Shown: one piece after another, positions 51,117 through 60,614 of the stretch | How the letters are laid out: each line of letters opens with the position of its first letter | How positions within the stretch are numbered: position 1 is the first letter of the stretch | From: Candidatus Delongbacteria bacterium | Lineage (GTDB): Bacteria > CAIWAD01 | NCBI GenBank assembly: GCA_963663545.1 | Contig: OY760505.1 | Location: forward strand, 192,001-256,000 | Direction of reading: 5' to 3' | Length of the DNA stretch: 64,000 nucleotides | Notes under the pieces: generated by a model | Databases searched by the model: none | Told to the model about the DNA's origin: nothing | Seen by the model: only the letters and a program-made list of their open reading frames with translations | Program-made: the position numbers and the translations under genes

Positions 51117-54100
51117 CTAGAAAGTATTGAAGTCGAAGAGCACCGTCAGATACCAACGCCACTCCCGACCGTACATGTCGTTTTCATTCAACTCGTTGAC
51201 ACGGAACTCATCGAATCCGTAGGCCGCTGTGAAGGTGATGGCGGTGGGCATGCTGTTCCATGAATCCAGCGCAAGCTTCAGATCAACGCCCGCCTCGCTC
51301 TTCAGATCAAAGCCCGTATTGATGAAGGCACCGTCGCTGTCGATGCGGTCTTCGTCACACCATGCCTCACCCGCACCAGCAAATAGATTCAGATAGGCGC
51401 GCTTGAAGTACAGTGTCCCCAGGCGGACTCCCGTGCGCTGAATCAGCGGGAAGCCAAGATTCGTGTGCAATACGGCACTGCGCGTTCCACCCAGGCTGTA
51501 ATACGAATAGCCCTTCATTCCTGTCAGACCACCCGCATAGGTGTAGAAGAAATCGTCGACATCGTCCTGTGTTACATAGGAACCGCGGAAATCCACACCC
51601 ACAGCGGCGCTGTGCCACCAGGGAACGGACCAGTTACGTCCCAGACGCAGATCGAGTTGGCCGAAATTGTATTTGTCATACACTTCCGCCAGCAGACCGG
51701 AGGGTGTTACCTCAAACTCGGTCATGAACTCGTCCATGCGTTGTTGATAGTCCAGGTCCAGCCAACTGCGATTGTGAGGATTGATGTAATCATCAACGCG
51801 CGTGCTGTGATCCATCTCCCAGTGATAACGCATAAACAGACCGAAGCCGCGTAAATAGTCGTAGTTGACCGTGAGATGGCTTTTACCCTTGTAGCGTGCC
51901 GAGTAGTTCGACCAGCGCACTCCCACTTCGCCCGTGGAGGTATCATTCAAGCGACGACGAAAACCGCTCTCCGCCTCATAGAGATAGAAGCGGTAATCCA
52001 CACTGTAGGTATCGAAAATGGGATCGCCCTCTTCGTCCTCGTCAAGGATCACGTAAGTGTCGTCAAAGCTGTTGATGGCATCACGGTGCATCACGTAGAG
52101 ATCGCCAAACCAGGTAAACTGTCCCAGCGCCCAGGTGGCACCCGTGTAGATGTCGAGATTTGTAACACGCGCGACCGCAAGTGCGGCACTGTAACTGACC
52201 CGTTCCATCAGATCGGTGTTCAGGACGTACAAGCCCGGCTTGACGACGCCATCATCGATCATCACACGCGGCATGATAAAGGGTTTCTCGAAAACAAGGC
52301 CCATTGGCCGGTAATCGCGTTGCGTCGGCGCGCTGTCGTTTTTCCTGGGCGGAATAATCTCAAGTACATCCTGCCGGTAGCTGGTCTTCTCAGCTGGAAT
52401 CGCCGCGAAATCAGCCAACTCGTTCAAACGGAATCCGCCCGCACGGAACTCGGCAAAGTAGAGCGTGTCACGATAGCAGGCAGGTGTAAAGGCTCCGCCA
52501 GGAACGTTGGTGATACACTCGGCATCTGAAAGCGTGCTCCCTGTAATGCGGGCGCGATAAATGTTATAGATACCGGTGAGATCCTGACTGTAATACAGCC
52601 AACCGTCGACCACCTGCGGCGTGCGTTCGTCATAGTCGGTGGCCAACAACTCGCGCACTTCACCGCTAACGGCATCGACCATCACGAGATCACGTCCATG
52701 AAAGGCGTTGCGGGCAACAACAACCGTCTCGCCGTCGGGCATCCAATCCGGCTGATAAAACTGAGTGCCGAAGGAGGAATGCGTGAGGGCTCGCGGTTCC
52801 AGAAAGGAAAGGTTCTTACGCTGACGCTTGCTCATGGCTTTGTACTCTTCGCCACTCAGGTCATCCAGAGTCAGCAGCACGAGTTCACTACTGCCGCCGC
52901 CATTCTTCACGCAGACCAGACTGTGTCCATCGGCGGCCAATGCCGGCTGGCTCAGTCGCTGATGCTCTGTCAATTGGCGAGACAGCTTCTGCTCGATGTA
53001 GTACACGAAAATATCACGCAGATGACTGCCGTACTTGTCCGGACTGGAGAGCTTCGAGTAGATCAGCGCCTTTCCGTCCGAGCTCAAGCAGAATGCGCCG
53101 CGAGCTGTTGAAACGACTTTCTCGCGCGTGTGCTGCTCGCGATCGTAGCGCCAGATACCGGTTTGTCCCAGCCAATCGGCATCGCCGTTACTGAGGTAAT
53201 AGACATAGCGGCCATCGGGTGATACAACGGGATACATGTTGTTGCCAGGACCGTATTCATCGCTGGGACCGCGCTGATCACCGCTCCAATCGGCAATAAA
53301 ACTACCCGGCAGAAGGCTCTCTTCTGTGATACCACCACGCGGTGAAGTCAGCTGATCCCCGCGTCCTTCGGGACCGCTGGCCCCCTGTGATACAGGCACA
53401 CTTGCGCTGATGCGTACACCGGAGACTTCGTTCTGTAGGACATTCGCCAGATGCGAATCGTAATACTCGCTCCGTTCGCGCTTCCAGTTTTCGTAGAGCT
53501 CACGTCCTCCAATGCCCACGGCGTCGCGAATCGCTTTATCCATGGAGATACGCAGGGGCTTGGAAAGTTCATTCATGATACGGCGCAGGGCGTCAGGGCC
53601 ATAGGTGGCGTTGATGTAACTCACCAGGTGAAAGCCCGTATTGTACACACTCTCGCTACCCACCGTATTCTTGTCGAAAGCGTTAATCTCGTTCCACGGA
53701 AAGAAATGGTCGTGTATCACGCGGTCGCGCAGCAGCATATCACGCTGACTGTCCAGGTAGTCATAGTGCGCACCTTCGGCCTGAAACTGCGCCGTACCCT
53801 CGGCGAACCACATGGGGACTACGGTTCCCAGGTAGGGATAGCTGGCTACCACATTGGGAAAGCCCTGCAGTACGTCGTTACGCTTTTCCTTCTCGTAATC
53901 CATGACCTGCAGATAGAGCCCCGGCATCAGCCTACTGAACTTGCGCGCGGCACCCAGCGAGATAATATGTGTGAACTCGTGTGTCACCACATTGCGCAGC
54001 CAGTTGTGCTGACCGCGTAGGTCGAAGTCCAGACTCGTCGCCCAGATAATCAGCTTATTGTTGTAGAAGTAGGCGCCGCCGTTGCTGTAATCGTCCGTGT

Positions 54101-54362
54101 CGTAGAAGACGACCTGTAGCTTGGTATCGGGCTCGTAGTGATACAATTCCGTTACCGGCCCCCAGATATCCTCGACGATGTCTGCCACGACCAGACCCAG
54201 TTCATCCAGACCTTGGTGAACGTGTACTTCGCAGTGCTCTGTGCTTAGCGATTGCCAGTCAAGCTCGGGATGATTCCAGGGAACAGGCTGAGCCTGCAGC
54301 AGCGGGGGGGCACAAGCCAGCACAAGCGCGATGAGGATTGGAAGGGATATCGTGTACTTCAT
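51117..54362 (-). CDS. Gluzincin peptidase + TolB/PD40 propeller + C-terminal beta-barrel protein
   Basis: HEFTH followed by WFAEG, PD40-like repeats (PVVSPDG, PALAADG, PDWMPDG), barrel with GG..GMKGY.YYSLGG and terminal Phe. Confidence 0.8.
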   Translation of the reverse strand: MKYTISLPILIALVLACAPPLLQAQPVPWNHPELDWQSLSTEHCEVHVHQGLDELGLVVADIVEDIWGPVTELYHYEPDTKLQVVFYDTDDYSNGGAYFYNNKLIIWATSLDFDLRGQHNWLRNVVTHEFTHIISLGAARKFSRLMPGLYLQVMDYEKEKRNDVLQGFPNVVASYPYLGTVVPMWFAEGTAQFQAEGAHYDYLDSQRDMLLRDRVIHDHFFPWNEINAFDKNTVGSESVYNTGFHLVSYINATYGPDALRRIMNELSKPLRISMDKAIRDAVGIGGRELYENWKRERSEYYDSHLANVLQNEVSGVRISASVPVSQGASGPEGRGDQLTSPRGGITEESLLPGSFIADWSGDQRGPSDEYGPGNNMYPVVSPDGRYVYYLSNGDADWLGQTGIWRYDREQHTREKVVSTARGAFCLSSDGKALIYSKLSSPDKYGSHLRDIFVYYIEQKLSRQLTEHQRLSQPALAADGHSLVCVKNGGGSSELVLLTLDDLSGEEYKAMSKRQRKNLSFLEPRALTHSSFGTQFYQPDWMPDGETVVVARNAFHGRDLVMVDAVSGEVRELLATDYDERTPQVVDGWLYYSQDLTGIYNIYRARITGSTLSDAECITNVPGGAFTPACYRDTLYFAEFRAGGFRLNELADFAAIPAEKTSYRQDVLEIIPPRKNDSAPTQRDYRPMGLVFEKPFIMPRVMIDDGVVKPGLYVLNTDLMERVSYSAALAVARVTNLDIYTGATWALGQFTWFGDLYVMHRDAINSFDDTYVILDEDEEGDPIFDTYSVDYRFYLYEAESGFRRRLNDTSTGEVGVRWSNYSARYKGKSHLTVNYDYLRGFGLFMRYHWEMDHSTRVDDYINPHNRSWLDLDYQQRMDEFMTEFEVTPSGLLAEVYDKYNFGQLDLRLGRNWSVPWWHSAAVGVDFRGSYVTQDDVDDFFYTYAGGLTGMKGYSYYSLGGTRSAVLHTNLGFPLIQRTGVRLGTLYFKRAYLNLFAGAGEAWCDEDRIDSDGAFINTGFDLKSEAGVDLKLALDSWNSMPTAITFTAAYGFDEFRVNELNENDMYGREWRWYLTVLFDFNTF

Positions 54363-54363
54363 C

Positions 54364-57300
54364 TCAGCGTACCACCGCGCATTTTTTCATTTCCTTGAAA
54401 CTCCCCTCAGGACCGTTCACTTCCAGCTGGAAGTAATACGCACCGGGCGCGAGTTGTGTCACAGGCACATCCCATTCACTCCACGGGCCTGTGCCGGAAG
54501 CGATTGTGGTACTGTGTTCCATGCGTAACACACCGGCAGTGTCGTACACACGCAGCGAAACTACGAGCGGACCTGGCACCTGAAAGCGCAAGTGTGCGAG
54601 TGTGGACATGGGATTTGGCCACAGCACCACCTTGCGCAGACTGGCGGCGTCATTGACGCCCTCGCTGACCACGCCAGTGCCTGATGGACACTGTGATTCA
54701 TTACCCTCGGCACCTTGTTGTGTGTACACCAATCCGCCCAGATCCTGGACCAACCATCCCTCCAGGTGTCCATCGTCACCAACCGCACCCCAGGCGCCTG
54801 CACCGTCCGAGTCGATTGTATAAGCGAAAGCATTGGCGCTCCCGGTTGAGTGTATCACACGTGGCCAGGTACTACGCTGGTTCTGCTCATCGTAAACACT
54901 CAAACCACTGATACCAGAAGCCAGCAGCATGGCCATGTTGGCGCTTCCCGTCAAGAGCTGCAGCGGAGTCTCACTCAGCAGAAGTTCATCCAGCAGAATG
55001 CCATTCTGATCGTAGACGCGCACCTCTTCCCCTTCGCAGATCAGCAACTCAAGAGCCGCATCACCGCCGTACTGCACAGGCAGCGGATCGGCTCCAAGAT
55101 CCAGTTCCCGCAGAAGCTGATTGTTGCGGAAGAGCCAGAGGTGCCCTTGATCCGCCAAAACAACCGTCGCGGCGTCCTCGGTGTCCGAGGCAGAATTCCA
55201 TCCCAGGAGCTGGGCGTTACGGCTCAGGTTGCGTCCCAGATCCAGCGACTGGTTGCGACCACCAATCAATAGCAGCGGCGGCGTTGCATGTACCAATAAG
55301 GCCGGCTGACCACTTGTATCACGCGCGCCACAAAGCTGCACATCGGCTTCATCGGGAATCCCGCTCCAGCCCAGGCTGAATTGCTCGTCGAAGTCGAGGG
55401 CATCCAGCAACAGGAATTCACCATCGGCAATCAGGTAAAGCGCCGCCCCCGAATTGGTGATGGTTATCTGGGTTGTCTCCAGGAGGGGCAACAACGCGCG
55501 GATATCGGCCCCCAGGTCAATGGCATCCTCAAGCACAAAGAGCAGGCTGTCGCCCTGGGAATCCAATCGCCAGCGTCCCAGTTCGCCGTTGTGTGCGCTG
55601 AAGAGGTAATCGACACTCGCAAGCTGCAGATGGCGCAAGAACTCCACGCTCATTGCAGCACCCGGCAGAACACAGCGGTAGCCATCGCTGCGGGAGTACA
55701 TTCTAAGGCCACTTCCCCCAAGTTGAGCAGAATAGAGCTGATTGTTTTCGTCAGTGACACACAACAGCCGCAGACTGTCCGCCAGGCTGAACAGCTGACT
55801 GCGAACTTCACCTGAAGGACAAATAGGCTGTTGATTCCAGTCCGGGCGCAGATCATAGCTGACCTGGAAGCTCATTGTATCACCGGCCACCGTTAGCGGC
55901 GTGATACGAACTCCCGTCAGAGCCCCGTCGTTACTGTCGGAATCCGGCCAGGTGTCATAACCGTAACTGACCGCCGACAGATGTGAGTTGACAAAGCGCC
56001 AGTCGCGATTCCCCAGGTACCACGGGTCATTGCTGCTGCCCAGCGCCAGACCGTTTCGCGAATTCAGGAGTGTATACTCGACGCCGATGTCCTGAACCCC
56101 GTCACCTTCTTCCAGCCGGACGCCGGGGCGGTCGGGATTGTCATTCACGCGATTCTGCTGGATCAACTCGGCGCTGGTTGAGCGTGTATCCACGTGCCAG
56201 ATCAGCAAACCGGATCCGGGTAGATCATAATCCAGATCGCCCACTTCCACCAGCACACCCGTGCTATCACCGGAGAAGCTCATGTGATACAAGGAATCCA
56301 GATCGGCCTCGCGACCTTCGCGGTCCTTGCCCCAGGTCATGTTGTCGCCGTCGCGATCCCGCAGGCGACACTCAAGCAGCAGATACTCATTCTGGTTCAA
56401 CGGCACCTGATACACACGGGGCAAGGTGGATTCACTGCCCAGACTGGCGATGCTGACGGTTGTATCACGCTCCAGGCTGACCACATCATCCCAACCCAGC
56501 TGCATGCGGCTCCAGGCGCAAGGCAAGGCGGGAAGCAGGCCACGCCAATTGGCGCTTCCCTGATCCATCAAACCCCAGCTTCCGATGACCGTGCTTCCGT
56601 CTTCGCTATTGTACAGGTTGGGCAGGCCGATTACATGGCCGAACTGCAACGCCAGCAGTCCCCCCAGACCGTGCATGAAGTCTTCGTGGTTTTCGCTTTC
56701 GGGCGCGATGATGCAATTGGGCAACGCAAACAGCCCCGCCTCATCGTGAAGCTGCACCGCCATGGTGTCCAGTTCCAGAGAGGTAAAGTAGGCCGAAGGA
56801 ATATCGTGCGGCGTCGCGTCGTCGCCAAAATCCTGCCCCACACCCGCGTGGAAAATCACAAAGGCGTCAAAGCGCGGTGTACCCGTATCATCCAGGAAAC
56901 TCAGCTGCGGATCCGCATCTGCGGCCTCCCAACTGTCGCGCAGCAGATCGCCCAGCTGCTCGCCGCTGCGCTCGCTACTCATGTTCCAGTTGTAGTGCCA
57001 CATCGGGTGATCCAGCTGGTAACTGGCCGTGCTGCCGTGTGGCCAGACTTCCCACTCTAGTGCGAGGCGCCCCTCTGAGGCGCGGTCATAATAATGGGCG
57101 AGAAAGCGCAGCTGATCATCGAAGTAGAGCGAGTCGTGGGGCAGCGGATCGATGGCCCAAGGCTCTTCGAACTGAAAAGCGCTTTCAAAACTGCCATCGC
57201 CGGTCGTCGTATCCAGTGTATCACGGGAAAAAGCAACACGGATGGCAAGCAAACGCAGCGTGCCTGACACCGGACCCTCTCGCAGAGGAAGCTGGCCCGA

Positions 57301-57384
57301 ATGCGCAAGCGACTGTCCCGCGATCAACATTGATCCCAGGACAGTCGCCGGCAGTGCGCTCTTGCAGCTATGCAGGAGACGCAT
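54364..57384 (-). CDS. M6 (immune inhibitor A)-like protein with degenerate zinc site and T9SS-like CTD
   Basis: M6-like motifs LLAIRVAF, IFHAG, G.WGLMD.GS, CAWSRMQLGW and GLLIWHVD. Zinc site reads LQFGHVIGLPNLY. C-terminus WPNP...LAPGAYY. Confidence 0.75.
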   Translation of the reverse strand: MRLLHSCKSALPATVLGSMLIAGQSLAHSGQLPLREGPVSGTLRLLAIRVAFSRDTLDTTTGDGSFESAFQFEEPWAIDPLPHDSLYFDDQLRFLAHYYDRASEGRLALEWEVWPHGSTASYQLDHPMWHYNWNMSSERSGEQLGDLLRDSWEAADADPQLSFLDDTGTPRFDAFVIFHAGVGQDFGDDATPHDIPSAYFTSLELDTMAVQLHDEAGLFALPNCIIAPESENHEDFMHGLGGLLALQFGHVIGLPNLYNSEDGSTVIGSWGLMDQGSANWRGLLPALPCAWSRMQLGWDDVVSLERDTTVSIASLGSESTLPRVYQVPLNQNEYLLLECRLRDRDGDNMTWGKDREGREADLDSLYHMSFSGDSTGVLVEVGDLDYDLPGSGLLIWHVDTRSTSAELIQQNRVNDNPDRPGVRLEEGDGVQDIGVEYTLLNSRNGLALGSSNDPWYLGNRDWRFVNSHLSAVSYGYDTWPDSDSNDGALTGVRITPLTVAGDTMSFQVSYDLRPDWNQQPICPSGEVRSQLFSLADSLRLLCVTDENNQLYSAQLGGSGLRMYSRSDGYRCVLPGAAMSVEFLRHLQLASVDYLFSAHNGELGRWRLDSQGDSLLFVLEDAIDLGADIRALLPLLETTQITITNSGAALYLIADGEFLLLDALDFDEQFSLGWSGIPDEADVQLCGARDTSGQPALLVHATPPLLLIGGRNQSLDLGRNLSRNAQLLGWNSASDTEDAATVVLADQGHLWLFRNNQLLRELDLGADPLPVQYGGDAALELLICEGEEVRVYDQNGILLDELLLSETPLQLLTGSANMAMLLASGISGLSVYDEQNQRSTWPRVIHSTGSANAFAYTIDSDGAGAWGAVGDDGHLEGWLVQDLGGLVYTQQGAEGNESQCPSGTGVVSEGVNDAASLRKVVLWPNPMSTLAHLRFQVPGPLVVSLRVYDTAGVLRMEHSTTIASGTGPWSEWDVPVTQLAPGAYYFQLEVNGPEGSFKEMKKCAVVR

Positions 57385-57392
57385 GAAGGCTC

Positions 57393-58625
57393 CTAGAAGG
57401 TGATACCCAACGAGTACCGCATGGTGCGGTCGCGCGGGGACTTATTGTCGGAGTTGACGCTGGCTTCGTAGCTGAAATCGAAGGCGAACATGTTCACCAG
57501 AATGGAAAAGCCGCTGGTGTACGATTTGATGGAACCTTCCATGTCGTTCAGATAACCCGCACGAACACCAAAGGCCATGTTGCCCAGGTTACCGGCCGAC
57601 TGGCTGCGATACCAATACTCGGCACCCATATTGTACAACCAGCTCTGGAACTCTTCCTTGGTACCATTGGGGAACCATGAAGTGAACATCGCCTTCATCA
57701 CGTTGTCCGTGGTGTAGTACTCGTCGTCCGGATCATCCAGCGTATGATCGTCGGCCATACCGTCACCATTTCCGTCGTAGTCATATCCGCCGGGCTCGTA
57801 ATCCCAGTAGTCACCCTGCTTGACCACGTAGTCCAGGCTGCGGTGGGTAAGCTCTTTGTTGATATCGAAAACGACGGTAACCTGATTGTTGGCATCGGCG
57901 TAGGGTGTCATCGCAAAACCAAACTTCAGGTTGGTGGGTAGCGGATCCGCCTGCGCCTCGTCCACATAACTGATTTCCGGACCGATGTTGGAGATATTGG
58001 CGCCCAGGTTCAAGGGAATATCCTTCAAGCCGAGGTACTCGGTCAAGGGAAGGCGCGCCTTCCACAGAATACCCAGATCAAGTCCGACGCTCCTGCCCAC
58101 GCCCGCTTCCTGATTACCCACCATGTGGCCCGATGCCAGATCGCTGTGGATGTACTTGAAACCGACACCGAAGGCCAGATCGGGATTGATCAGCGTACCG
58201 TAGGAAACACCAATCGAGAACTCACGGCTCTTGATCGTGCCCAGGTCCGAACCCGTCTCATCCGTGTAGGCCTGCTCACCCTCGTTCATGTAGACGATAT
58301 TGCCACCCACCGTACCCCCCAGGCTGGGCACGTAGGCGGAATAGGCCAGGAAATCGTAGAACAGATCATCCAGATTGAAGGCCGGTAGCCAGTCGGTGTG
58401 CATGAAGCGCAGGTCGCTGTTCTGCTGCCAGGCCAGACCGGCAGGATTCCACCAAGTCGCGCTGGCGTCGTCGGCAACGGCGACAAAGGCCTCTCCCATA
58501 CCGGCGGGACGTGATCCGGGGCTGATCAACAACCAAAGACAGGCTGCCTCGGATAACGCCGCGTGCGCCGTGTACGGCAGGGCCAGGGTCAGAGCCGCCA
58601 GTGCGGCCAGGCTTGTCTTCCTCAT
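57393..58625 (-). CDS. PorV-family outer-membrane protein
   Basis: WLLISPGSRPAGMGEAFVAVADDASATWWNPAGL, DPLPTNLKFG and terminal Phe. Confidence 0.85.
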   Translation of the reverse strand: MRKTSLAALAALTLALPYTAHAALSEAACLWLLISPGSRPAGMGEAFVAVADDASATWWNPAGLAWQQNSDLRFMHTDWLPAFNLDDLFYDFLAYSAYVPSLGGTVGGNIVYMNEGEQAYTDETGSDLGTIKSREFSIGVSYGTLINPDLAFGVGFKYIHSDLASGHMVGNQEAGVGRSVGLDLGILWKARLPLTEYLGLKDIPLNLGANISNIGPEISYVDEAQADPLPTNLKFGFAMTPYADANNQVTVVFDINKELTHRSLDYVVKQGDYWDYEPGGYDYDGNGDGMADDHTLDDPDDEYYTTDNVMKAMFTSWFPNGTKEEFQSWLYNMGAEYWYRSQSAGNLGNMAFGVRAGYLNDMEGSIKSYTSGFSILVNMFAFDFSYEASVNSDNKSPRDRTMRYSLGITF

Positions 58626-58965
58626 GTCACTCTCCTAAAAAGACCGATTGCTCAAAAATGCACAACACCCGAGCTTCGCCGGACATGCCGGACAGCGGAA
58701 GAGTCATAGTAGGATCCGGGTCCAAGACCACCGTGGCGTGCGCCTGCAAAATCATCGTATCCTGACAGAACAACTTCTGCTGATCGAAACAACAATTTAG
58801 CAAGCGTCGATAGCGGTCTCCATTGTGCGGGCGGTTTGCCGTACATAATTCGTCAGAACCGCCGTAACATAGCGCCCGGATACCTGCATGTCAAGCATTT
58901 AGGTGCAAATTCCTTACGCACCCGGGTATTGCCTACGTGACACAGTATCGGCAAAAACGGAATTC

Positions 58966-60450
58966 CTATTCGCCAGCCGCCTGATAAAGCGTGTCTACAG
59001 CACGCAATCTCCCAATGCTGCGCTCACGGCCAATCAGCTCGATCATCTCAAAAGCGCCCGGTCCTGCCGCCTGTCCTGAAAGCACCGTGCGACAACCATT
59101 GATCAGCAGACCATCCTTGACCTCGTGCTCACTGGCGAAGGCGCGCACGCATTCTTCGATGGCATCGGCCTCCCACGCGGGCAACTCGGCCAGTACACCG
59201 GCCAGCTGCGGCAGCAACTCGCGCAGCACGGGTTGCTTCAGCAGGTTCTTCTCCATCGGCTTGGTCTCAACGGGATACTCGTCGACGAAATAGGCGCGCA
59301 GACGCTCGGCGAAATCCAACAGGGTGAACATGCGCGTGCGGTGCGCGTTGAGCACCCGCAGAATGAAGGGCCGGTTCGCCTCCGCCCAGGCGGGTGTGAA
59401 CAGATCCGCGTCCAGCAGATAAGGAAGTGCGAGCTGCCAGAGCTCGTCGTCGGGCAGTTCGTTGATGTACTCGCTGTTCAGATGCAGCGCCTTTTTATCA
59501 GTCCACTCAAGCGGATTGCTCTCGCTGAAATTGAAGACCGCGTTGCTGCGGTTGATACGCGAGGGATCGAAGAGCTCGATCAGCTCCTCGGTGCGCAGGA
59601 ACTCGCGATCATCGCCGGGACTCCAGCCCAGGAGCGCCAGGTAATTGCGCATGGCCTCGGGCACAAAGCCCCGGTGCTGGTACGTGGTCAGGCTGACGAC
59701 TTCACCGTGAATGCGCTTGGACAGCTTTTTGCGCCCGGGCGCCATGATCAGCGGCAGGTGGCCGAACTTCGGCACGGCCCAGCCCATGGCCTGGTAAAGC
59801 AGAATCTGCTTGGGAGTATTGGACAGGTGGTCCTGACCGCGCACAATCGTTGTGACGCCCATGGTGTGGTCGTCGCAGGTAACACTGAGGTTGTAGAGCG
59901 GGCTGCCGTCGCTGCGTAGAATCACGAAATCCTCGATGGTGCTGCACTGAATGGTCTGCACGCCGTAGACCAAATCGGTCCAGCTCACACTCTGGCTGCG
60001 GTCTACGTTGAAGCGTAGTACGTATTCTTCGCCAGCGTCCAGCTTGGCCTGTATCTCTTCTTCGCTTAGTTCCAGGCAGGTCTTGTCGTAGAGCCAGTCT
60101 TCCTTGGCTTCTTCGTAAGCCTTGCGCTTTTCGGCAATGGTCTCGCGGCTGCAAAAGCAGCGGTAGGCGTGGCCCTTCTTCAGCAGGTCCTCAGCCACTT
60201 CGCGATGGTGGTCCGCATTCAGGCCTTGAAAGACCAGCTCGCCGTCGTGATCCAGGCCGAGCCAGTTCAGGCCGTCAATGATGCCCTGCACCATCTGGTC
60301 ACTGCCGCGGGCCTTGTCCGTGTCTTCGATACGCAGCACAAAACGACCGCCGGTCTTGCGCGCCAGCAGCCAGTTGAAGAGCGCCGTGCGAGCGCCGCCG
60401 ATGTGCAGGTAGCCGGTGGGGCTGGGGGCAAAGCGATAAGTCTCGCTCAT
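58966..60450 (-). CDS. gltX: Glutamate--tRNA ligase
   Basis: Motifs RFAPSPTGYLHIGG, LRIEDTD, RGQDHLSNT and KLSKR. Confidence 0.96.
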   Translation of the reverse strand: MSETYRFAPSPTGYLHIGGARTALFNWLLARKTGGRFVLRIEDTDKARGSDQMVQGIIDGLNWLGLDHDGELVFQGLNADHHREVAEDLLKKGHAYRCFCSRETIAEKRKAYEEAKEDWLYDKTCLELSEEEIQAKLDAGEEYVLRFNVDRSQSVSWTDLVYGVQTIQCSTIEDFVILRSDGSPLYNLSVTCDDHTMGVTTIVRGQDHLSNTPKQILLYQAMGWAVPKFGHLPLIMAPGRKKLSKRIHGEVVSLTTYQHRGFVPEAMRNYLALLGWSPGDDREFLRTEELIELFDPSRINRSNAVFNFSESNPLEWTDKKALHLNSEYINELPDDELWQLALPYLLDADLFTPAWAEANRPFILRVLNAHRTRMFTLLDFAERLRAYFVDEYPVETKPMEKNLLKQPVLRELLPQLAGVLAELPAWEADAIEECVRAFASEHEVKDGLLINGCRTVLSGQAAGPGAFEMIELIGRERSIGRLRAVDTLYQAAGE

Positions 60451-60558
60451 GAATTCCTCTTGGGTAGTCGTACATCACAAACTGTAAAGCCGAATAAGGT
60501 AGGATTCTACAGGCAAACTCGATGTGAAGCCCGCCGTGTATCACGCGGTGGAAAAAGT

Positions 60559-60590
60559 AAAAAGCCCGGTGCCCCGCAGGACACCGGACT
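60559..60590 (-). terminator. Intrinsic terminator after the FadL-SGNH pair
   Basis: AAAAAGCCCGGTG...CACCGGACT with a U-tract on the minus strand, ~25 nt after the stop at 60615. Confidence 0.7.
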
Positions 60591-60614
60591 GAAAATGGCA
60601 AAGGGGAATCGGGA

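Noticed and set aside
58626..58965. 340-bp leader upstream of porV, including a 64-aa ORF
   Set aside because: No recognisable riboswitch or convincing structure, and the small ORF lacks support.
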